NCBI GenBank assembly: GCA_044220955.1
Contig: JBGAQA010000026.1
Coordinates: 1-64,000 of the forward strand
Direction of reading: 5' to 3'
Source: Sandaracinaceae bacterium
Lineage (GTDB): Bacteria > Myxococcota_A > Polyangia > Polyangiales > Sandaracinaceae
DNA length: 64,000 bases
This document shows positions 27,614 through 36,679 of this stretch, one piece after another. Each line of letters opens with the position of its first letter. Position 1 is the stretch's first letter. The notes beneath the pieces were generated by a model that worked only from the letters and a program-made list of their open reading frames with translations, searched no databases and had not been told where the DNA came from. The translations under genes and the position numbers were made by a program.

Positions 27614-29203
27614 ATGATCGACGGACGTTGGGGCCTGGGCTGGGTCGTGCTGGGGCTGACGGGCTGCTGCTTCGGGGCAGGGAGCGGCGGGAGCGGCACG
27701 GCGGTCGAAGGCGCAGAGGGCGCCGCGCCCGAGGCGGTCGTCCTCTCGCAGGTGGCCGTCGCGTCGGATCACGCCTGCGCCGTGACGGCGTCGGGGACCG
27801 TCGAGTGCTGGGGCCTCAACTCGCACGGTCAGCTCGGCAACGGGACGACGACGGCGAGCCCGACGACCGCCGTGGTGGTCGCCGGCATCCACGACGCCGT
27901 CGAGGTGGACGTGATGTTCATGGTGAGCTGCGCCCGCCGACGCGACGGCACGGTGTGGTGCTGGGGGCGGGGCGACTCGCTCGGCACGGGCGTCGCCGCC
28001 GACGCCACCACCCCCGTGCAGGTCCCCGGCGTGGCGAACGCGGTCGATCTCTCGCTCGGCCTCGGGGCCACCGTCGTCACCGCCGACGGCGACGTCGCCG
28101 GCTGGGGCACGAACCTGCTCGGCCTGCTCGGCCTGCCGGGGTGGATCGAGGAGGTGCCCACGCCGCTCGGGATCGTGCACCACGACGCGACCGTCGAGGC
28201 GATCCCGAGCGGGTTCGGCGGGTGCGGCCGGACGAGCACGGGCCGCGGGTTCTGCTGGGGCGGCGTCGCCGACCGCGTACACCTGCCGACGACGGGCGTG
28301 GACGCGATCACCGCCAACCTCCAGACGTGCTTCCGCGCGAACGGCGTGTGGTCCTGCACCGGCCCGAACCCGAACGGCGAGCTCGGCGTCACGACGCAGG
28401 ACTCGACCGATCTCATCCCGTTCCCGCGCGCCAACGTGCAGACGCTCGTCGCCGCGTTCGGGGCGACGTGGGTGCTGGCGACCGACGGCTCGATCGACTG
28501 CGTGGGCAGCGAGTGCGACGTCGGCTTCCCGCGCCCGACGCTGACGGCGGTGCAGCAGATCGACGCCGACGGCGACTACGTGTGTGCAAGGCTCGCCGCG
28601 GGCGTGCACTGCTGGGGGCGCATCACCGAGTCGACGGCCGACGCGCCGAGCTGGGCCTGGGTCGGCGGCATGCCGATCGTGCTGAGCGGCGCGGAGCCCG
28701 GGCCCGCGGGCCCCGTGATCCCCGCCCGCCCGGTGGCCCCGGCGCAGCTCGTGGGCGAGGTGGCCGGGCACACGTCCCCCGTCGAGATGCGGGACCTGAC
28801 GCCACCGGGCCCGGCCGACGCGCTCGCCGTCGGTCAGGTCGTCGGCGCACAGCAGGGGCACGGCCCCTGGTACGAGGCGCGCATCACGGAGCTCCGTCCC
28901 GACGGCCGCGTGAGCGTGCTCTTCGAGGATCGGTCGCGGGCGACGCTCGACCGCAGCCGCCTGCACGTCGGACCGTTCTACGCGGTGCCCGACGGCCTGT
29001 CGCGCAGCGACCTGCCGCTCATCGGCCCGACCGCCGTCGCGCCCGGAACGCCCGTGCTCGCGTACGAGAGCTACTGGTTCGAGGGCCGCGTGGTGTCGGA
29101 CGACGGCGGCTCACGGGTGCGCGTGCACTGGCTCGGCAACCCGGACTCGGCCGACTCGAACGTCAGCCGCACGCAGGTGCGCCTCCTGCCGGCGACGCAC
29201 TGA
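27614..29203 (+). CDS. RCC1-repeat lipoprotein with two C-terminal Tudor/Agenet-like domains
   Basis: LTGC lipobox; CWGLNSHGQLG repeats; WYEARITE...VSVLFED and YWFEGRVV...VRVHWLG. Confidence 0.8.
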   Translation: MIDGRWGLGWVVLGLTGCCFGAGSGGSGTAVEGAEGAAPEAVVLSQVAVASDHACAVTASGTVECWGLNSHGQLGNGTTTASPTTAVVVAGIHDAVEVDVMFMVSCARRRDGTVWCWGRGDSLGTGVAADATTPVQVPGVANAVDLSLGLGATVVTADGDVAGWGTNLLGLLGLPGWIEEVPTPLGIVHHDATVEAIPSGFGGCGRTSTGRGFCWGGVADRVHLPTTGVDAITANLQTCFRANGVWSCTGPNPNGELGVTTQDSTDLIPFPRANVQTLVAAFGATWVLATDGSIDCVGSECDVGFPRPTLTAVQQIDADGDYVCARLAAGVHCWGRITESTADAPSWAWVGGMPIVLSGAEPGPAGPVIPARPVAPAQLVGEVAGHTSPVEMRDLTPPGPADALAVGQVVGAQQGHGPWYEARITELRPDGRVSVLFEDRSRATLDRSRLHVGPFYAVPDGLSRSDLPLIGPTAVAPGTPVLAYESYWFEGRVVSDDGGSRVRVHWLGNPDSADSNVSRTQVRLLPATH

Positions 29204-29218
29204 GAGATCGTCCCGAGC

Positions 29219-30265
29219 TTGCTTCGGCTCTCCACCCCGATCCCTTCCGCCCGCGCGCTCCTCGTCGCGTCCTCGCTCGTCGCGTGCACCCCGAGCGCGG
29301 CGCGCACGGACGCCGGCCCGGCGCTCGACGCCCCCGCGGTGACGGACGCGGCGGCATCGGCGGACGCGCCCTCCACCGACGCGTTCCTCGCTCCCGACGG
29401 CGGCCCGCCCACGTGCCCGGTCACCCTCCCCTCGCCGCTCTCCTTCACCCTCGCCCACGGCGCGTTCCCCGGCAGCGGCCACCCCGACGTCGCGGTGCAC
29501 GTGCCCGCCGGCTACGACGCCTGCGCGCCGCAGGGAGCGATCGTCTACTTCCACGGGTTCCACAACTGCGTGCTGAACGCGATCGGCAGCACGGCCACGG
29601 AGTGCACGTCCGGCGCGGGAGCGCGCACCGCGCACCACCTCGTCGAGCAGCTCGACGCCGCGCACGTCAACGCGCTGCTCATCGCGGTCGAGGTCGCGTA
29701 CGACGAGGCGAGCGGCGCCACCGGCGCGCTCGCCAGCGAGGGCGGGCTCGGCGATCTGCTGAGCGAGCTCTTCGACGACCACCTCGGCGCGATGCTCGGC
29801 CGCCCGACGTCGCTGGCCGATCTCGATCGGGTCGTGCTCGCGAGCCACTCGGGCGGCTACACGGCCGTCGCCCGCGCGCTCGATCGCGGACACGTGCCCG
29901 GCGTGCGCGAGGTGATGCTCTTCGACTCGCTCTACGGCGAGACGGCCGTGTACGACGGCTACACGGTCGATCAGCTCGCGCGCTTCGATCCCTCGTCGGC
30001 CGGAGCGCTCCGCTTCGCGGTCGTCTACTCGGACGGCGGCGGCACCGACGCGAATTCGCGCGCGCTCGGCGCCCGCATCGAGACCGGCCTCGCCGCGCTC
30101 GGCCACCCGGAGTGGCTCCTCCTCGACGACACCACGGCGACGCTCGAGCCCGCCGCCTTCGCGCACCCGCTGCTCGTGAAGCACAGCATGCTCAGCCACG
30201 ACGGCGTCGTGCTCTACTACTTCCAGCGCTTCGTCTCGGCGGCCGGCTTCGCGCCGCTGCCCTGA
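29219..30265 (+). CDS. Alpha/beta hydrolase-fold lipoprotein
   Basis: LVAC lipobox; VYFHGF; ASHSGGY nucleophile elbow; LFDSLY; C-terminal SHD. Confidence 0.8.
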   Translation: MLRLSTPIPSARALLVASSLVACTPSAARTDAGPALDAPAVTDAAASADAPSTDAFLAPDGGPPTCPVTLPSPLSFTLAHGAFPGSGHPDVAVHVPAGYDACAPQGAIVYFHGFHNCVLNAIGSTATECTSGAGARTAHHLVEQLDAAHVNALLIAVEVAYDEASGATGALASEGGLGDLLSELFDDHLGAMLGRPTSLADLDRVVLASHSGGYTAVARALDRGHVPGVREVMLFDSLYGETAVYDGYTVDQLARFDPSSAGALRFAVVYSDGGGTDANSRALGARIETGLAALGHPEWLLLDDTTATLEPAAFAHPLLVKHSMLSHDGVVLYYFQRFVSAAGFAPLP

Positions 30266-30289
30266 TCCGGCGGATCCCGCGCGCCCGGG

Positions 30290-31258
30290 TCAGTGCACGA
30301 GCAGGTCGTTCGCGGCGAGCCAGCGCTCGGCCTCGATCGCGGCCATGCAGCCGGTGCCCGCGGCCGTGACGGCCTGGCGGTACACGTGGTCCTGCACGTC
30401 GCCCGAGGCGAACACGCCCTCGACGTTCGTGCGCGTGGTGCCCGCCGCCGTCTTCAGGTAGCCGGTCTCCTCCATCTCGAGGACGCCCTGGAAGAGCTGC
30501 GTGTTCGGCTCGTGGCCGATCGCGACGAAGAGGCCCTGCGTCGGGTGCACGTTGGTCTCGCCGGTGAGGAGGTTCTTCACCTCGATGCCCGAGATCGTCT
30601 CCTGGTGGCCCGTGCCCGCGGAGAGCACCTTCGTCACGGCGCAGTCGAGCAGCCACTTGATCTTGGGGTGCTTCTGCGCGCGCTCGACCATGATGCGCGA
30701 CGCGCGGAACTCCTTGCGCCGGTGGATGACCGTGACGGTCTTGCAGAGGCCGGCGAGGTAGAGCGCCTCCTCCATCGCGGTGTCACCGCCGCCGACGACG
30801 CACACGTCCTGGTTCCTGAAGAAGTAGCCGTCGCACGTCGCGCAGGCGCTCACGCCCTTGCTCTCGAGCTCCTTCTCGCCCGGGACGTGCAGCCACTTGG
30901 CCTTCGCGCCCGTCGAGATGATCACCGCGTTCGAGAGGATCTCGCGGCCGTCGTCGCAGACGGTCGTGAACGGGCGCCTGGCGAAGTCGACCTTCACGAC
31001 GTCGCTCGAGACGATCTCGGTTCCGAAGCGCTCGGCCTGCGCCTTCCACCTCGCCATGAGGTCGGGCCCCGTGATGCCCTCGGGGAAGCCCGGGTAGTTC
31101 TCGACGGTCGAGGTGATCATCAGCTGACCCCCCGCGATGCCGCCGACGGCCACGCCCTCGACGCAGACGGGCTTGAGGTTGGCGCGCGCGGCGTAGATGG
31201 CGGCCGTGAGGCCGGCCGGGCCCGATCCGATGATGACGACGTTGCGAACCGAGCTCAT
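30290..31258 (-). CDS. trxB: Thioredoxin-disulfide reductase
   Basis: IIGSGPAGLTAAIY, GGQLMIT, VENYPGF, SACATCDG, GGGDTAMEEA, GDVQDHVYRQAVTAAGTG. Confidence 0.97.
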   Translation of the reverse strand: MSSVRNVVIIGSGPAGLTAAIYAARANLKPVCVEGVAVGGIAGGQLMITSTVENYPGFPEGITGPDLMARWKAQAERFGTEIVSSDVVKVDFARRPFTTVCDDGREILSNAVIISTGAKAKWLHVPGEKELESKGVSACATCDGYFFRNQDVCVVGGGDTAMEEALYLAGLCKTVTVIHRRKEFRASRIMVERAQKHPKIKWLLDCAVTKVLSAGTGHQETISGIEVKNLLTGETNVHPTQGLFVAIGHEPNTQLFQGVLEMEETGYLKTAAGTTRTNVEGVFASGDVQDHVYRQAVTAAGTGCMAAIEAERWLAANDLLVH

Positions 31259-31360
31259 GGGTTTCCTCCGCGGGATGCGATTCGTGGAGCAGCGCGGCAG
31301 GGTTGGCAAGCGGCCGATTTCTGGACGCACCCGGGCGGCGACGAGAGATTCCGGCTCTCG

Positions 31361-32941
31361 GTGCTCGTCGCGCGTCGATACCTCTTTCTCTGCGTGCTCC
31401 CGGCGGTGCTCGGCCCGGGCTGCGAGGACGCGCGCGAGGCGGACCTCCTGGAGGTGACGAGCGTCGGACCGGCCGAGATCGGCCCCGGGCATTCGCTCGT
31501 CGTCGAGGGCGGGCCCTTCGCCATCCACCACCCCGTGAGCGTCCGGCTCATCGGTCAGCTCGCGCGTCCCTTCGAGCCGGCGGAGCCGATCACCGAGGAC
31601 TTCCGCGCGCAGGCCGTGGCCGAGGGGCGCATCGAGGTGACCATCGCCGAGCGCACCCTGCGCGAGCGCTTCGGGCGGGCGACCTTCCACGGCGCGGTCG
31701 AGGTGCGCGAGGAGGCACGCTGGCAAGGGCTGCCGGGCGCCGTGCTGGGACGCTCGAGCGAGGTCACGATCGACTTCGTGCCCGCGCGATCCATCGACAC
31801 CACCGAGCGATCGCTCGATCGCGTGCTCGGCGTCGCGTGGATGCCCTCGAGCGCGCCGGGCCTGGCCATCGCGAGCGTGGACCCCGAGGGCCGCGGCCGC
31901 GCGCTCGGCCTCGCCCCGGGCGACGTGCTGCTCGGCGAAGGCGATGCGCGCTTCGTGCCTGGCGATGCGCCGGTCGTCCCGGCGGACGTTCTCTCCGTGG
32001 ATCTCGCGCTGCTGCGTGAGGGGGAGCCCGAGCGCCGTGTGGCGTGCGTGCTCGGCGACCGACGCGACGACGACGCGGCGCGCGACCTCGCCCGGCTCGC
32101 GCAGCTCGCGATCGTGCTCGCCTGGATCGCCCTGCTCCGCGCGCTCCCCCTCGCGTCGATCGACTACGCCGCGCCGCGTCCCGCGCCCGCGCTGACGCGA
32201 CCCTCGGCCGCGCTCCTGGCGCGCGCGGCCGGCTCGATCGTGATCGCGTACGGCCTGGTCCGCCTGGCGGCGAGCGGCTTGGCGCCGTCCCTGCCCGTCG
32301 TGATCGCCGCGCTGGCGGGCCTACGGGCGGCGATCCGCTTCGCGGACGCGCGCGGCGAGCCCCGCTCACTGCCCCTCGCGGTCGGTGGAGCGCTCGGGCT
32401 CGCCGCCGGGCTCTCCGTCCTGCCGATCGCAGAGGGCAGCGCCGACCTCGCGACGCTCACGCGCGACGGGTCGGCGAGCGTGCTCGCCTGGCCGCTCTTC
32501 GCGCAGCCCGCGGGACCGATCGCGCTCGGCCTCGTGGGCGTCAGCGTGGCGACGAGCCGCCCGTCCCAGCGAGCGCTCGGGCTGCTCGACGATCTCGTGG
32601 TGCTCGCGATCGGCTCGCTCGTCGTCATCGAGGGCACGGGCCTCTCGCCCGTGGGGCGCGCGGGAGTCGTGGCGCTCTCGGTCTCGACCGCGCTCACCAC
32701 GTGGCTCCTCGCCCAGGTGCGCGGCCGCATCTCCGCCCTGCCGGCCGCGATCGCCATCGCGGGCCTCGTCGCCCTGGCCGGGCTCTCGCTCGGCGCGTGG
32801 ACCTTCGCCGACCCCTCGACGCTCGCGCGAACGACGGCGGCCGAGACCGTGCTGGTGATGAGCGCGGCCCTGGCGCTCTCGCTCGTTCACCGCGCGATGC
32901 GGACGCGGGCCCCGGCGCGCGTCTCGCACGCGCTGCTCTGA
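31361..32941 (+). CDS. Lipoprotein/PDZ-like extracellular region fused to a polytopic membrane domain (distant NuoH-like)
   Basis: GPGC lipobox-like; PDZ-like LAIASVDPEGRGRALGLAPGDVLL; many TM helices including EGSADLATL...WPLFAQPAG. Confidence 0.65.
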   Translation: MLVARRYLFLCVLPAVLGPGCEDAREADLLEVTSVGPAEIGPGHSLVVEGGPFAIHHPVSVRLIGQLARPFEPAEPITEDFRAQAVAEGRIEVTIAERTLRERFGRATFHGAVEVREEARWQGLPGAVLGRSSEVTIDFVPARSIDTTERSLDRVLGVAWMPSSAPGLAIASVDPEGRGRALGLAPGDVLLGEGDARFVPGDAPVVPADVLSVDLALLREGEPERRVACVLGDRRDDDAARDLARLAQLAIVLAWIALLRALPLASIDYAAPRPAPALTRPSAALLARAAGSIVIAYGLVRLAASGLAPSLPVVIAALAGLRAAIRFADARGEPRSLPLAVGGALGLAAGLSVLPIAEGSADLATLTRDGSASVLAWPLFAQPAGPIALGLVGVSVATSRPSQRALGLLDDLVVLAIGSLVVIEGTGLSPVGRAGVVALSVSTALTTWLLAQVRGRISALPAAIAIAGLVALAGLSLGAWTFADPSTLARTTAAETVLVMSAALALSLVHRAMRTRAPARVSHALL

Positions 32942-32966
32942 CCAGCTCGGGCGCTCGCCGGTGTCG

Positions 32967-33416
32967 TCAGCCGATCGTGATCTCGCGGCGCGTGCGCCAG
33001 ACGCCGTGCTGGTTGCAGCGCGCGCGCGCGACGAGCACGGCCGGACCGTGCAGCACGATCGGGACGCGCACGATCGGAAAGGGCACGTCCGCCCCGAGAT
33101 CGATGACCGCGACGCGCTGCTCGTCGAGGCAGACCTCGATCCAGTCGATGTGGTGCGCGGCGCTCATCTCGTGGGGGCGCAGCCCGATCTGAACCGCGAG
33201 GTCGAACGGACGACCGACGCGCACGTGCCGCGGCAGCGTGAGCACCGGTACGTGCGAGCGCTCCTGGTCCGTCAGCGCCTCCGCGTCGACCGGCTCACGC
33301 CCCGCGGGCTCCCCGGTGCCGCTCCACTCCTCGCGGGGGCATCGCTGCGCTCGCGCCGCCCCGGGCGAGGCCACGAGCAGGGCGAGCGAGCCCAGAGCGA
33401 ACGCGCGCCGATCCAT
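32967..33416 (-). CDS. Superoxide reductase-like (desulfoferrodoxin/neelaredoxin domain) protein with twin-arginine signal
   Basis: DRRAF...AARA signal; ERSHVP, PHEMSAAHHIDWIE, CNQHGVW. Confidence 0.82.
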   Translation of the reverse strand: MDRRAFALGSLALLVASPGAARAQRCPREEWSGTGEPAGREPVDAEALTDQERSHVPVLTLPRHVRVGRPFDLAVQIGLRPHEMSAAHHIDWIEVCLDEQRVAVIDLGADVPFPIVRVPIVLHGPAVLVARARCNQHGVWRTRREITIG

Positions 33417-33504
33417 GCGGACAACCATAGCCCCGACGTCGGCACGCGGCTCGCAGGTCGTCTCGCCGGTGCGCCGCGCTGTGCCGCGGCCGGGAGCGAG
33501 CCGG

Positions 33505-34245
33505 ATGCGCAGACGAGTCGGGATCGTAGTCGGGATCGTGCTGCTCGCGGCCACCGGGTGCGCCGAGTCCCACGGCGTGCCCGGGGCGGACGCGGGCGGG
33601 CTCGGCGACGACGGCGGGCGGCCCGTTCCCGTGTGTCGCCCAGGCGACTCGCCGCCGTACACCTCCTACTGCGTGTACGTCGGCGCGGACCACGTCTGCG
33701 GCGACGCGGCGCTCTCGCCGACCTGCGTGGACGGCGCCTGGGCCTGCCCGGCGGGCACGGGCCCGGCCAGCCTCTGCTGGTGCTCCGGCTTCGGCCCGCA
33801 CGATCCCGCCTGCGTGTGCACGCCGAGCGGGTGGTCGTGCCCGACCGAACCGGCCGACGCCGGCCCGCCGACGCCGGCGTGCCCCGCCGATCCCGCGGCC
33901 GCCGTCGGCTCGCCGTGCACGGTCGAGGGACAGTCGTGCGGCTCGTGCCCGAGCCCGTGCAGCGGCTCCTGCAACATGGCCACGTGCATCGATCACACCT
34001 GGCAGACCCTCGACTTCGGCTGCGCCGACCCGCTCTTCTCGTGCGGTCCCGCCGCGTACTGCGCTCGCTTCTCCGAGGTCTGCGAGCACATCCTCTCGGA
34101 CGTCGGCGGCGTACCCGACGAGTACCGCTGCGAGGCCGCACCCCCGGGCTGCTCGGGCGACTGCACCTGCTTCGGCGGCGGTCCCACCGATGCGTGCGCG
34201 AGCGACGGAGCGGGCGGCGTGACGGTGACGTCCGGCGGCGGCTGA
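33505..34245 (+). CDS. Cys-rich lipoprotein
   Basis: ATGC lipobox; numerous Cys; DAG linkers. Confidence 0.75.
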   Translation: MRRRVGIVVGIVLLAATGCAESHGVPGADAGGLGDDGGRPVPVCRPGDSPPYTSYCVYVGADHVCGDAALSPTCVDGAWACPAGTGPASLCWCSGFGPHDPACVCTPSGWSCPTEPADAGPPTPACPADPAAAVGSPCTVEGQSCGSCPSPCSGSCNMATCIDHTWQTLDFGCADPLFSCGPAAYCARFSEVCEHILSDVGGVPDEYRCEAAPPGCSGDCTCFGGGPTDACASDGAGGVTVTSGGG

Positions 34246-34276
34246 AGCGCGCGCCGCGCGGAGCCAAGCGACCGAC

Positions 34277-35320
34277 TCACGCGCGCGTGACGATCTTGCC
34301 GCGCCGCAGGTCGGGCGCGCGCGAGTACGGCGCCATCGACGCGTCGTCGCGGCGTCCCTTCGCGAGCAGGAGCGCGCCCGCGTGCGCGATCATCGCGGCG
34401 TTGTCGGTACACGAGGCGAGCGGCGGGACGAAGAGGTCGATGCCGCGCTGCCCGCAGAGCTCCGCCGCGCGCGCGCGCAGGCCTCGGTTGGCTGCGACGC
34501 CGCCCGCGAGCACGAGGCGCGGCACCCCGCGCAGACGACAGGCGCGCAGCGCGCGCGAGGCGAGCGCCTCGACCACGCGCTCCTGGAACGCGGCGCAGGT
34601 GTCCGCGAGCGCCTCGGGCGTGCCGGGGATCCCCTCGAGCTCCACGCGCCGCGCGAGCGCCGTCTTGAGGCCGGAGAAGCTCAGATCGAGCGAGTCCTTG
34701 CGCGCGGCCATCGGCACCGGCAGCGCGACGCGACGCGGATCACCCTGCGCGGCAAGCCGATCGACGATCGGGCCGCCGGGATAGCCCAGCCCGAGGAGCT
34801 TGCCCGCCTTGTCGAAGGCCTCCCCCGCCGCGTCGTCGCGCGTCTGGCCGAGCAGCTCGACCGCGTCGACGTCGCGGACCTCGTAGATCGCGCTGTGTCC
34901 GCCGCTCGCGAGCAGGCCGATGAACGGACGCTCGGGTGGCGTGGACGGTGCGTCGCCGCGCACGAGGTCCACGGCGAAGAGGTGCGCGACGAGGTGGTCG
35001 ACGCCGACGAGCGGCAGATCGCGCGACCAGGCGATCGCCTTCGCCGCCGACATGCCGACGAGGAGCGCCCCGACGAGGCCCGGGCCGCGCGTGACGGCGA
35101 TCGCGTCGATCGTGGAGAGCCCGCCGGCCTCGGCGAGCGCGGTCTCGATCACGGGAACGATGCTCGTGAGGTGCGCGCGCGAGGCGAGCTCGGGCACGAC
35201 ACCGCCGTACGGCGCGTGCAGCGCGATCTGGCTCGCGACCACGTCGGAGACGACGCGCCCGTCCTCGACGACGGCCGCCGCCGTCTCGTCGCACGAGGAC
35301 TCGATCCCGAGGACGCGCAT
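34277..35320 (-). CDS. tsaD: tRNA N6-adenosine threonylcarbamoyltransferase
   Basis: LGIESSCDETAAA, GGVVPELASRAH, GPGL, SGGH, DDAAGEAFDK, SFSGLKT, GGVAAN, CTDNAAMI. Confidence 0.97.
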   Translation of the reverse strand: MRVLGIESSCDETAAAVVEDGRVVSDVVASQIALHAPYGGVVPELASRAHLTSIVPVIETALAEAGGLSTIDAIAVTRGPGLVGALLVGMSAAKAIAWSRDLPLVGVDHLVAHLFAVDLVRGDAPSTPPERPFIGLLASGGHSAIYEVRDVDAVELLGQTRDDAAGEAFDKAGKLLGLGYPGGPIVDRLAAQGDPRRVALPVPMAARKDSLDLSFSGLKTALARRVELEGIPGTPEALADTCAAFQERVVEALASRALRACRLRGVPRLVLAGGVAANRGLRARAAELCGQRGIDLFVPPLASCTDNAAMIAHAGALLLAKGRRDDASMAPYSRAPDLRRGKIVTRA

Positions 35321-35342
35321 CCACGTCTTCTAGCGCGTCGCT

Positions 35343-35490
35343 CTCGCCCTCGCTCTCGCTCGCTCTCGCCCTCGCCCTCGCCCTCGCCCTCGCTCTCGCC
35401 CTCGCCCTCGCCCTCGCCCTCGCCCTCGCCCTCGCTCTCGCCCTCGCTCTCGCTCTCGCCCTCGCCCTCGCCCTCGCTCTCGCTCTCGCC
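35343..35490. repeat. Intergenic hexamer microsatellite (CTCGC[C/T])n
   Basis: About 24 near-perfect units between divergent tsaD and the gene at 35552. Confidence 0.95.
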
Positions 35491-35551
35491 CCCGTTCTCG
35501 CTCACCCCCGCTTGACAGCCCCGCTCCCCGCCCGCTACGCGCAGTGCCGTC

Positions 35552-36679
35552 ATGACCTCTCCGGAAGAACGCGCGGCGCAGCGCATCGTCGACGGAACCG
35601 CCTGGAACGATCTGCTCGATCGGCTCCGCGACGCCGGGAAGATCGTCCAGACGGGCCCGGCCGATCCGCTCACGCGCGCCGAGGGATACCGCTACCTCTC
35701 GCGCCTCTTGCGCGCGGGGCTCGAGGCGTTCGTCGAGCACGCCGATCCGCTCGCGCCCGTGCTCCGTCGCCCGGTGCACGAAACCATCAAGATGGGCGCC
35801 GACAACCCGGACAACCACTACTTCCACGCCTCGATCTCGGGCGCCTACGAGTACGTGATCCGCGGGCGCCGCAACACCGTCCACTACCTGCAGCTCGCGA
35901 CGCTCGTCGGGCACTACGGGCAGTCGCGCGGCATGCCGCCGGCGGGCAACCTCGACGCGTTGGATCTGGTGCTCGACGCGGACGGCCGCTTCGAGATCGT
36001 GCTCTCCCTCGAGCGGCCTGCGGGCGCGAAGAATTGGCTCCGCACGTCGACCGACACCGGCTCGCTCATCGTCCGGCAGAGCCGCCTGGACCCGGCGACG
36101 GAGACGCTCGCGGAGCTCGCGCTCGTGCGCACGAGCGGCCCCGGGAAGCACGACCAGGCGCTCACGCCGCTGAAGCTCGCGGATGGCTTCCAGAACGCGG
36201 GCATGCTCGTGTTCGGAGCGTCGATGATGTTCGCGATGTGGGCGGACGGGTTCAAGGACAAGCACGTGAACCAGCTGCCGCGCTTCGATCAGGCGCTCTC
36301 CGACGCGATGGGCGGCGTGCCCGACATCGCCTACTACCACTCGTACTGGCGGCTCGCGGACGACGAGGCGCTGGTGATCGACGCGACACCGCCGCGCTGC
36401 GACCACTGGAACTTCCAGCTCGAGAACCACTGGATGGAGTCGCTCGACTACCACCTGCACCGCATCCACACGAACAGCAAGCTCGCGACGGCGCGTGCGG
36501 ACGGAAGCGTCCGCGTCGTGGTCGCGGCGCGCGATCCGGGCGTGCCGAACTGGATCGAGACGGCCGGGCACGCGTTCGGCGCCATGTGCTGGCGCTGGGT
36601 CCGCCCCGAGAGCATGGCCGACGCGCCCGTGCCGCGGACGCGCGTCGTGAAGGTGACCGACGTGCGAGGCCTCGCGTGA
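35552..36679 (+). CDS. DUF1214-like protein (type found beside sulfotransferases)
   Basis: RAEGYRYLSR, GADNPDNHY, DEALVI, WNFQLENHWMESLDY, DPGVPNWIETAG. Confidence 0.8.
   Translation: MTSPEERAAQRIVDGTAWNDLLDRLRDAGKIVQTGPADPLTRAEGYRYLSRLLRAGLEAFVEHADPLAPVLRRPVHETIKMGADNPDNHYFHASISGAYEYVIRGRRNTVHYLQLATLVGHYGQSRGMPPAGNLDALDLVLDADGRFEIVLSLERPAGAKNWLRTSTDTGSLIVRQSRLDPATETLAELALVRTSGPGKHDQALTPLKLADGFQNAGMLVFGASMMFAMWADGFKDKHVNQLPRFDQALSDAMGGVPDIAYYHSYWRLADDEALVIDATPPRCDHWNFQLENHWMESLDYHLHRIHTNSKLATARADGSVRVVVAARDPGVPNWIETAGHAFGAMCWRWVRPESMADAPVPRTRVVKVTDVRGLA

Noticed and set aside
35149..35673. ORFs encoding (EG/ES)n or (SP/SL)n across the microsatellite
   Set aside because: They overlap tsaD and the DUF1214-like gene and arise from the stop-free repeat.
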